Positions 1 through 7,631 of a stretch of 13,168 bases of DNA are shown one piece after another. Made by a program: the position numbers and the translations under genes. Source of the DNA: Octopus sinensis (taxonomy: Eukaryota). The DNA is taken from contig NW_021826466.1 of assembly GCF_006345805.1 (NCBI RefSeq), forward strand, positions 1 to 13,168. Direction: 5' to 3'. Numbering within the stretch: position 1 is the first letter of the stretch; each line of letters opens with the position of its first letter. The notes beneath the pieces were generated by a model. That model was given only the letters and a program-made list of their open reading frames with translations. It was not told the DNA's origin and did no database searches.

Positions 1-134
1 TTTCTCCCCACGCGGTTATAAGTTGACTATAGATATGATAGAAGACACTTGTCTAAGTTTCCGCACGGTGAGATTGAACCCGAGACCTCGTAGGTGTCAA
101 GCGAACTTCTTAACCACACAGCTATGTCTATGTC
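1..134 (-). mobile_element. Degenerate head of tRNA-derived CORE-type SINE (family 'A' here; octopus OR1/OR2-like)
   Basis: Reverse complement reads gctgtgtggttaagaagttcgc...gggttcaatctcac...gacaagtgtcttcta. This aligns with the head of the intact copy at 7632 (A-box/B-box-like motifs followed by ggcaagtgtcttcta). Confidence 0.75.
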
Positions 135-171
135 ATTGACTCGTGATCTCTTCGAAAACCCTGAAAAAATA

Positions 172-231
<60 letters not shown>
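172..231 (+). repeat. (AAT)20 microsatellite
   Basis: Perfect AAT run read directly from the sequence. Confidence 0.98.
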
Positions 232-232
<1 letters not shown>

Positions 233-823
233 CCCTGATACAGTACCATGCCCCGATGCAGTACATTATGCCCTGATGCGGTACCAGGCAGTGGCTCCCG
301 TAGCTTCTGATCTTAACTGATTGGAAGTGTTATCATGTACATTGTTTTGTCTTGGTATAAAAGATGAGCTACAGCAAATATTCTGCTCAATACCACAGAT
401 TTGCTTGTCAGTTATTTGACCTTAACCATTTGAGCATGTCCCTTAGTGGCTGACGATATGTGCATCTCTGATCACGAGCAGAAGTAGTGGGGGAGCATCA
501 TAGCCATGTGTTGAGAGGGATTCTTTTGGGTTTGAATTATTCACCTCTGGAAACATGGGTGTTTTGTTCAACATCCTTAAACAACTCTTATTCAGGGACC
601 TTTTGAGCGGGATGGGTTACTCGACCAGAAGAAAATTCTAACTGGGCCCCACCTGCAAGGTCATGTGCTGTTTATCTTCATATGAGATCACCATATCGCG
701 CACATATGGTTGTGATGCATGTGCCTGGTGTACCCTTATCAGACGGGTAGTCATGATGGGTATACTGGGCTTCGTATATTTTACCCCGGTGCCACTTTGA
801 TGGCATGCAACGCTCTCTCACTC
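232..823. mobile_element. 592-bp non-coding interspersed element flanked on both sides by (AAT)n; putative non-autonomous retroelement
   Basis: Complex sequence with sharp boundaries against (AAT)n at 172-231 and 824-872, and no recognisable protein. I recall it as a common octopus repeat (unverified). Confidence 0.65.
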
Positions 824-872
824 AATAATAATAATAATAATAATATAATAATAATAATAATAATAATAATAA
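824..872 (+). repeat. (AAT)n microsatellite
   Basis: AAT run with one interruption near 845. Confidence 0.97.
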
Positions 873-952
873 ACGGGATGGTCACATCAGAGCCACATCT
901 GGAATATCTTTACTCATATAGACACGCCTATATACGGAATAATTTTACGTCA

Positions 953-1075
953 TAGCCACGTGGTTCTAATTTTTATCCCATGATGCAACACTTTGGGCGA
1001 GTGCTTGCAACTGTTGTCTGAGGTCAAGCAAAATCTTGTGAATGCAATTTGGCAAAAGGAAACTAAGTGGGCGAC
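953..1075 (+). mobile_element. Old, diverged SINE-A head fragment
   Basis: ccacgtggttct...actttgggcgagtg...cttgtgaatgcaatttggcaaaaggaaact is collinear with ccacatggttct...tcttgggcaagtg...cttgtgagtggatttggtagacggaaact at 7672-7779. Confidence 0.6.
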
Positions 1076-1092
1076 TGATGGATTAGCTGAGA

Positions 1093-1240
1093 GCATGGGT
1101 GGCCTATTGGATAAAATAGCGGACATATAACGGAGAGGTCGAGGGTTCGTATTCGCTACAGGACAGAGCAACGTCAGTGACAATTAATTTACCATTTAAT
1201 TCTCAAAGTGTCCCAGTCTACTTAGCTGTAAACAGGTACC
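1093..1240 (+). mobile_element. Degenerate tRNA-derived SINE (Pol III A/B-box head plus central-domain remnant)
   Basis: A-box-like tggcctattgg (1100-1110) and B-box-like ggttcgtattc (1144-1154). The head resembles the minus-strand SINE at 5416. A downstream ctacttagctgtaaacaggtacc motif is typical of SINE central domains. Confidence 0.45.
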
Positions 1241-1457
1241 AACTTCAATGACATCTGTTATGAAAATTTGGACTCCAGAGAAATGCAACGGGGTGAACCA
1301 ATTGTGTTATTTACCAATAAACACCTTGAGGTCTTCTGTGCTAGACAGAACCACCAGAAAATAGATTTTGGTTGATGGTTTCATTTCTACCTGATTAGAG
1401 CTCGTCTGGAGACTAGACAACGACAACAATGGCAGAGTGCGGCGAACAAAAATACTC

Positions 1458-1520
1458 AGATGCACCATTCTTGATAAATGCTTGAACAGTGAAGGCATGG
1501 TGCTCACCGGGCCAAACCGT
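1458..1520 (-). pseudogene. N-terminal remnant of a Tc1/mariner-type transposase (DUF4817-like helix-turn-helix start)
   Basis: A frame not listed in the ORF track reads TVWPGEHHAFTVQAFIKNGAS, with ACG in place of ATG. It resembles the recalled family start MxWxxEHRAFxVEAFFKNGxS. Confidence 0.45.
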
Positions 1521-1537
1521 GATGGCATCGTTTTAGC

Positions 1538-1866
1538 TTTTGCTTGTTTTAGTCACTGAATTGCGGCCATGCAGGAGCATTGCCTTGCAGAGTATGGTCC
1601 TCAAGGGTTTATGATTTTTATGGTTTGTACTTATTCAGTTGGTATCCCTTGCCGACAGCGTTACATTAAGGGGACATAATGTAACAACAAACCCACACCG
1701 GTTGTCAAACAGTGGTGGGGACAAAGACAAAGGCATACATACACAGATACATACACAAATACATACGCACATATATACATACACGTACTTACATACATAC
1801 ACACGTACATACATATACACAAATACATACATACATAGACGCAAACATACATGCACACACGCACAT
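1538..1866 (-). mobile_element. SINE-A 3' half with its internal (CATA/CA)n microsatellite
   Basis: 1538-1590 (tttagtcactgaattgcggccatgcaggagca) and 1690-1730 (acaccggttgtcaaacagtggtggggacaaa) match the reverse complement of 7850-8030. The microsatellite occupies 1735-1866. Confidence 0.75.
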
Positions 1867-1969
1867 CAATAATAGGAAGATGAGTAAACAATAAGATGTC
1901 TGAGAATCTTCGGCTTTGAGAGTTGTTACCCAATTCTTTGATAGTTGTTACCCAATTCACCGTCTATAA

Positions 1970-2150
1970 CGGTGGTTCTCAACCGAGGCCCATGTAGACT
2001 CTGAGGGTCCATATAAGATTTTTGGGGGTCCACACAGCAAAGTAGTAATCAAGTATCCACAGCAGTATTTTAAGGGTCTCTGAAAAAATGTTGCTTTAAA
2101 CGTATGTAATGGTACGTATTGCAAGAAACGAATAAGTTTCTTTCCAGAAC
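1970..2150 (+). mobile_element. Left end of a hAT (Charlie-like) non-autonomous DNA transposon
   Basis: Begins cggtggttctcaacc (1970-1984), matching the CAGTGGTTCTCAACC-type hAT terminal inverted repeat (TIR), followed by repeated gggtcca subterminal motifs. No partner TIR is seen in the window. Confidence 0.55.
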
Positions 2151-2170
2151 ATTTTACATTATTATTGCTT

Positions 2171-2585
2171 GACAAGGAGGTCCATCTTCTGGAATATTAA
2201 CTTGAAATCCTTAGCGATGTTGTTGGGGGTTTCCCTTGTCTCTTACCTCGGGATATTTAGAAAGAATCCAAGTCTTTGCCTCTTTCAAAATCTGAACATA
2301 AACTCCTGTCAGTCTCTTAGCCATCTCAAACATGGTCAATGTCATATTCTTTCGATCAGAGGACATGCAGGTGAACATCATCACTTTGGTAGGATTTTTG
2401 CATCTGAAAATGACAATTTTAGCTCTCTCGTGTGGGCCTGAAGCCAGAACTCGGCTGTTGCGTCTGTCTGTGTGCGTATCTTGGGTGAAATTTTTCTCAT
2501 CTGTGTAAAAGATCCCTCCACGATATTGTTTCACCTCGTTCAAGACGATCTTTGCCCTTTCCAACTCTGCGTTTCGAAGGTAAGG
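2171..2585 (-). pseudogene. Tc1/mariner superfamily transposase fragment, maT/DD37D-like catalytic region
   Basis: The ORF reads LERAKIVLNEVK...IFYTDEKNF...RRNSRV...KNPTKVMMF...SSDRK...Y.QIL...WI. A frameshifted ttc cag aa gat gga cct cct follows and corresponds to FQ(Q)DGxP. The first two catalytic Asp motifs are present, the third is missing, and the frame has a stop and a frameshift. Confidence 0.8.
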
Positions 2586-2740
2586 ACACGACACGACTTC
2601 GTTAAAACAATCCTTCCCGCAAAGCAAATTAAATAAAATTTGGGATATTTTGCGGAGGGTTAAAGTTATATCAAAAACAGGACAGTAAAACAAGACAGTA
2701 AAACCAAACGGTGAGGGTTATTAAGCCATAACGAGGTAAA

Positions 2741-2743
<3 letters not shown>

Positions 2744-2779
<36 letters not shown>

Positions 2780-3020
2780 TATATATACAGTTGAAGCACT
2801 CCTGTCACAACCTGGGACCTTGAAGACTGCTTTAATGCAAGAAAGTATACAGGTCCCTTAATATTTGATATTCAATATTTCATCTATTCAATAAGACGAT
2901 CAATACTTAATTTCATTTTACTATATATATATTATTTATACTATATATTCTATATTCTACATTAATATTATAAAGAATATAAATAAAACATAAAAAACAG
3001 ACAGAGTTGGAATTCCTTTG

Positions 3021-3055
<35 letters not shown>

Positions 3056-3336
3056 CATACAAACCCCTTAAATATATATATATATTATATATATATATAC
3101 AGTTGAAGCACTCCTGTCACAACCTGGGACCTTGAAGACTGCTTTAATGCAAGAAGTATACAGGTCCCTTAATATTTGATATTCATATTTCATCTATTCA
3201 ATAAGACGATCAATACTTAATTTCATTTTACTATATATATATTTTTATACTATATATTCTATATTCTACATTAATATTATAAAGAATATAAATAAAACAT
3301 AAAAAACAGACAGAGTTGGAATTCCTTTGAATAATA

Positions 3337-3367
<31 letters not shown>

Positions 3368-3410
3368 CAAACCCCTTAAATATATATATATATATATAAT
3401 ATATATATGT
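2744..3410 (+). repeat. Two tandem copies of a ~312-bp unit separated by (TA)n tracts
   Basis: cagttgaagcactcctgtcacaacctgggacc starts at 2788 and again at 3100. The units are near-identical through acaaacccctta. Confidence 0.95.
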
Positions 3411-3427
3411 ATAGATAGATAAATAGG

Positions 3428-3740
3428 GAGAGAGAGAGAGAGAGAGATTGAGAGAGGGGTCGTGAGGGAAGGAGAAAAACATATTCCTTTATATAATCAC
3501 TATCATCATCATCACCATCATCCTCGTATCACCACCACCACCACCACCACCATCACCACCACACCATCACATCCTGCTGAACAGCTATCAACCTTTTGCA
3601 CAACTTATTTACATAGTTTTTCTCTTCCGTTCAAAACTTTTAACTGTCCACACCACCACCACAACCACCACCACCACCACCACCACCACCACCACGACAT
3701 CACCGCACCAACCCCACCGCTCCCCATTACACCACTACTA
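3428..3740 (+). repeat. (GA)n followed by degenerate (CAT/CAC)n tracts
   Basis: Read directly: GA at 3428-3456 and CAC-rich sequence at 3500-3740. Confidence 0.9.
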
Positions 3741-3835
3741 TTCGCCATAATCATGTTACCATATGTTGTTTGTGTTGCTATTGTTGTTGCTTTTTAACTT
3801 CGGCTCGGCCTACATTGAGCAAACCTATGGCCGTC

Positions 3836-3851
3836 ATTATTATTATTATTA

Positions 3852-3897
<46 letters not shown>

Positions 3898-3902
3898 CAT
3901 TA

Positions 3903-3966
<64 letters not shown>

Positions 3967-4025
3967 GTTATTATTATTATTATTATTATATATATTATAT
4001 TATTATTATTATTATTTTATTATTA

Positions 4026-4064
<39 letters not shown>

Positions 4065-4212
4065 CATTGGTAATATTGTTGTTGTTCTTCTTCTTCCTCT
4101 TGTTCCCCTCGACCTTCGGCCTGGTTGCAAATAAATTACTACTACTACTACTACTACTATACTACTACTACTACTACTACTACTACTGTTATTATTATTA
4201 TCGTTATTATCG
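3836..4212 (+). repeat. Compound microsatellite: (ATT)n 3836-4068, (ACT)n 4137-4187, then ATT
   Basis: Read directly. It accounts for the poly-I/poly-L/poly-Y ORFs. Confidence 0.97.
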
Positions 4213-4596
4213 TGGCATCGTGTGTATAATGCACTCTGAGACTTATCATTTTTTTTTTTTTTTTTGGTAATTCTTTGGTTACATGCAACAAGAGATGTTG
4301 ATTTGCCCGAAATTTCTCCTCAGATAAAAACACAAATACCAATATCTGATTTTATAAATGAAAAAAAAAAAAAGAAAAAGATGGGAAATGATTTCCAACG
4401 AACGACGATACTGGGTCAGTAGAAGCTGCAGAATATGCGACTGAAAATCACTGTTCTTTGAACTTCTTAGCAGCAAAAAATATTGGTTTGTTTTTTTTTT
4501 GTCCGTAGTTTTTGTAACAAATATGGAGGCAAATATGTGTCATTGTCATCGGTATCATCGTTTTGGTGTTAAATGGGACCAATCAATGCACCAATC

Positions 4597-4830
4597 AAGG
4601 CGGCGAGCTGGCAGAATCGTTAGCACGCCGGGCGAAATGCGTAGCCGTATTTCGTCTGCCGCTACGTTCTGAGTTCAAATTCGCCGAGGTCGAATTTGCC
4701 TTTCATCCTTTCGGGGTCGATTAAATAAGTACCAGTTACGCACTGGGGTCGACGTAATCGACTTAATCCCTTTGTCTGTCCTTGTTTGTCCCCTCTGTGT
4801 TTAGCCCCTTGTGGGTAGTAAAGAAATAGG
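4597..4830 (+). mobile_element. Full-length tRNA-derived SINE (family 'B' here; octopus OK-like, Meta-domain-like core)
   Basis: Head ggcggcgagctggcagaatcgttagc, B-box-like gagttcaaattc, and core gtcgaatttgcctttcatcctttcggggtcgattaaataagtaccag. Further copies lie at 4831, 5550 and 12208. Confidence 0.85.
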
Positions 4831-5028
4831 TATTTCGTCTGCCGCTACGTCCTGAGTTCAAATTCCGTCCGCGTTCCGCCGAGTCGACTTTGCCTTTCAT
4901 TCATCCTTTCGGGGTCGATTAAATAAGTACCAGTTACGCACTGGGGTCGATGTAATCGACTTAATCCGTTTGTCTGTCCTTGTTTGTCCCCTCTGTGTTT
5001 AGCCCCTCGTGGGTAGTAAAGAAATAGG
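4831..5028 (+). mobile_element. Second, 5'-headless SINE-B unit in direct tandem with the first
   Basis: Restarts at tatttcgtctgccgctacg immediately after aaagaaatagg and ends again with aaagaaatagg. Confidence 0.88.
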
Positions 5029-5051
5029 AGTTAAATGGGAATGAGCTTGTT

Positions 5052-5102
5052 GAGGCAAGGTTTCTGTGGCTGCATGCCCTTCCTGTCGCCAACCCTCACC
5101 TG
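5052..5102 (-). mobile_element. Fragment with an RTE-5'UTR/Ceph-domain-like motif
   Basis: Minus strand reads caggtgagggttggcgacaggaagggcatgcagccacagaaacc, matching the recalled GGTTGGCGxCAGGAAGGGCATCCxGCC motif of RTE 5' regions. Confidence 0.55.
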
Positions 5103-5117
5103 GTGAATATTTACTCA

Positions 5118-5416
5118 TTTTGTTCCTTCTCTAGCCACGCCTGGCTCATAAGGGCCGGTTTCCCGGTTTCCTTGGCGTATAGGTTCTTCACCTGGACGGG
5201 ACGCCGGTCCGTCGTAGGTGAGCTGCAAGATGCAAGAGGAAAGAGTGAGAGAAAGTTGTGGCGAAAGAGTCAGAAGAAGTTCGCCATTACCTTCAGCCGG
5301 AGCCGCGTAGAGCTTAGGTGTTTTTGCTCATACACACACACATCGCCCGATCTGAGATTCGAACCCTCGAGCCCTCGACCGCGAGTCCGCTGCTCTAACC
5401 ACTAGTCCATGTACCC
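5118..5416 (-). mobile_element. Full-length tRNA-derived SINE with a V-domain-like core (family 'C' here)
   Basis: Minus-strand head tggactagtggttagagcagcggactcgcgg...gagggttcgaatctc has clear A and B boxes. The core gacggaccggcgtcccgtccaggtg...ggaaaccgggaaaccggccc resembles V-SINE domains. Confidence 0.75.
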
Positions 5417-5440
5417 CCACACAATATTTACTCTTGGCCA

Positions 5441-5520
5441 GACAAATTACATTGAACCCTAGCATGTAACTGGTATTTATTTTATCGAATCCCCGAAGGG
5501 GTGAAAGGTCAAGTCGAACT
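5441..5520 (-). mobile_element. SINE-B core fragment, inverted
   Basis: 5466-5488 is a perfect 23-nt reverse complement of 5672-5694. Confidence 0.75.
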
Positions 5521-5549
5521 TTGTTCAACATTTAATATTACCACGCAGA

Positions 5550-5735
5550 AAGGCGGCGAACTGGTAGAATCGTTACCGCGCCGGGAAAAATGCTAAGCGA
5601 CATTTCGTACGTCTTCACTTTCTGAGTCCAAAATTTTGCCGATGTCGACTTTGCTTTTCATCCTTTCAGGGTCGATAAAATAAATACCAGTTACGCACTG
5701 GGGACCAACGTAATCGACTTAGCCTTTCCCGCGAA
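5550..5735 (+). mobile_element. Diverged SINE-B copy
   Basis: aaggcggcgaactggtagaatcgtta...gtcgactttgcttttcatcctttcagggtcgataaaataaataccagttacgcactgggg. Confidence 0.85.
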
Positions 5736-5768
5736 ATTGAGTGCGTTTCGGGGATAGAGTTTAACACA

Positions 5769-6120
5769 ATAATGTGATGTGACAAACTGATTGATCAAAA
5801 ATGGGTCAACTGACGCATCAGGTTTGATGATAATATAGCCGAGCACACAAAGTATTTCTTGCTCATTACCATTAGACTGTGATTTCATTTCCTCAATAAT
5901 TTTATCCGGACTGAAATAATAGGTTGATATGCGAAAGAATCGTTTGACAGTTTGGTCCAGCAGCACTTCCGTTGCTGAGTCACCAACAAAGAATTCTAAT
6001 TGACGAAGACAATTTTTTTTTTTTTTTACTCTCGCTGCAACTCTGGCTTTCTTCAATGAAAATTGTTTCTTGAATGTTTTCGCAAATATCTTCTAGATTT
6101 TCTTTCCGAAGCACATTTAG
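5769..6120 (-). pseudogene. Probable hAT (ZMYM1-like) transposase fragment, region upstream of the C-terminal dimerisation domain
   Basis: The ORF segment ARVKKK...LEFFVGDS...FFRISTYYFSPDKIIEEMKSQ...ILCVLG resembles the recalled hAT pattern R.RK...L.DF.V...FR...YY..LD.II.E(L/M)..RF. The sequence is cut off by the (TATG)n array. Confidence 0.5.
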
Positions 6121-6124
6121 AAGG

Positions 6125-6150
6125 TGTATGTATGTATGTATGTATGTATG

Positions 6151-6181
<31 letters not shown>

Positions 6182-6433
6182 TGTATGTATTATGTATGTA
6201 TTATGTATGTATGTATGCAGTATGTATGCATGTTGTATGTAGTATGTATGTATGTATGTATTATGTATGTATGTATGTATGTATGTTTTTATGTATGTAT
6301 GTATGTATGTATTATGTATTATGTATGTTGTTTGCATGTATGTATGTATGCATGTATGTATTATGTATGTATGACATGTATGTATGTATGTATGTATGTA
6401 TGTATGTATGTAGCATGTATGTATGTATGTATG

Positions 6434-6465
<32 letters not shown>

Positions 6466-6521
6466 TGTATGTATGTATGTATGTATTTATGTAGGTATGT
6501 ATGTATGTATGTATGTATGTA
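6125..6521 (+). repeat. (TATG)n microsatellite, ~400 bp, imperfect
   Basis: Read directly. It accounts for the MYVC/IHTY ORFs. Confidence 0.98.
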
Positions 6522-7069
6522 GGTCACTTTCCGAGTGCTACTGGTAACATGTAACCCAGTACACCTGTTGCATGGTCGGGTCGTCGGCGACTAAACCGCA
6601 ACCCCACCAAGCTGCTTGGTGAGGAGGGTGTTTTATTGGACACCCTGCGGGATGAAAAACAAAACCCGTCAAAGGGCGGAGGAACTCTTGAGAGTCAACG
6701 GCCACCCAATAAATGTCTTAAGGCTTTATCATGCGCGGGGACATAGAAATAATCGGACTGAATACCCGATCGCGCGGTTAAACCATTGGGAGTGAAGGAC
6801 TCCTAGCCTTTGTTAGGGCATCCTTCTAGGAGAAGGTAACTCAGGTAACTGGGTTAACTCCGATATAAAATCTGCGGCTCAGTGTTTACCGATGATGTTG
6901 ACTTGCTCTTCTTTTCGGATTATGGCTGCTGTTGCTTAGTGAGTGGGATTGACTCAATGCACAGCCTTTCCTCACTTAAAAAAATATCTTCTTGCACGGG
7001 CATTGCACGATAACAACATTGATTAAGCTTCGTGCAATGGCCATACTTGATAACGAGGGGGCAGCCATC
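6522..7069 (+). mobile_element. ~548-bp non-coding element resembling an RTE 5'UTR, embedded in (TATG)n
   Basis: Relatively GC-rich and hairpin-dense. gggcatccttctaggagaaggtaactc...cgatataaaatc resembles the recalled RTE 5'UTR motif GGGCAACCAGTCTAGGAGAAGGAAAACTCTGA. (TATG)n lies on both sides. Confidence 0.5.
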
Positions 7070-7360
7070 ATGTATGTATGTATGTATGTATGTATGTATG
7101 TATGTATGTATGTATGTATGTATGTTGTATGTATGTATGTATTTATATGTGTGTGTCTTTATTTTGGTCCCTGTCACCGCTGGACACCTGGTCTTGGTTT
7201 GTTTACGTCCCTTTAAGTAAGAGTTTCGGCAAAAGTGACCGATAGAATAATTACCAAACTTTAAAAAATAAGCACCGGACTGGATTTCTTCGATTAAACC
7301 TTTGAAACCGGTGCCCCAGCATGACCGCACTCCAATAAACGAAACAAATAAAAAGAATCT
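7070..7360 (+). mobile_element. (TATG)n tract running into a SINE-A 3' half
   Basis: gtttacgtccc...ttcggcaaaagtgaccgatagaataa...ggtgccccagcatgaccgca matches 7888-8010. Confidence 0.75.
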
Positions 7361-7542
7361 ATACCAGGTGCCGCTCACTGCACATTGCAGATAACGTCTG
7401 TTATACGAGAACCTCGCAGTTGGTGAACCAATCTCGTTGTTTGATATCCAAGCTTTTCTGAAGATATCTCACGAGACATGTATTAAATTCTATTTCCTTT
7501 CCAGCTTATATCGTCTATCTATCACCATCGTATCAACAGATT

Positions 7543-7575
7543 ATGAAGACGGTAGCCATATTAAAACTCTTTTTA
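7543..7575 (+). CDS. Candidate first coding segment MKTVAILKLFL, in putative exon 7505-7575 (possible signal-peptide start)
   Basis: Acceptor-like ttctatttcctttccag ends at 7504. ATG at 7543 has A at -3. Eleven codons then end exactly at a GTGAGT donor (7576). Supported by motifs only; no homology recognised. Confidence 0.35.
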
Positions 7576-7631
7576 GTGAGTTTAGCATCATAGATTAACC
7601 GTTCTACCTATTCGTGTACTAATCTCAACAT

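Noticed and set aside
27-276. ORFs with poly-Leu or poly-Asn tracts
   Set aside because: They are translations of (AAT)n plus SINE and element ends.
2681-2704. gacagtaaaac direct repeat
   Set aside because: An 11-nt local slippage duplication with no associated element boundary that I could establish.
3462-4342. His/Thr-, Ile-, Leu- and Tyr-rich ORFs of up to 166 aa
   Set aside because: They derive entirely from (CAC)n, (ATT)n and (ACT)n, are open in several frames, and have no complex sequence.
4249-4373. T17 followed ~95 nt later by A13 (possible hairpin or retrocopy tail)
   Set aside because: The pairing is homopolymer-only, and no TSD or retrocopy body is recognisable.
4597-5028. ~200-bp tandem units as a possible CRISPR array or hammerhead retrozyme
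   Set aside because: There is no repeat-spacer structure and no CUGANGA/GAAA core on either strand. The units are SINE bodies.
5340-5416. tRNA-like sequence on the minus strand (also 4597-4690 and 7632-7700)
   Set aside because: These are SINE heads. There is no complete cloverleaf or acceptor stem, and each continues into a SINE body.
6053-6547. Overlapping MYVC/IHTY ORFs
   Set aside because: They are (TATG)n translations. The same applies at 1635-1960, 8413-8928 and 11151-11617.
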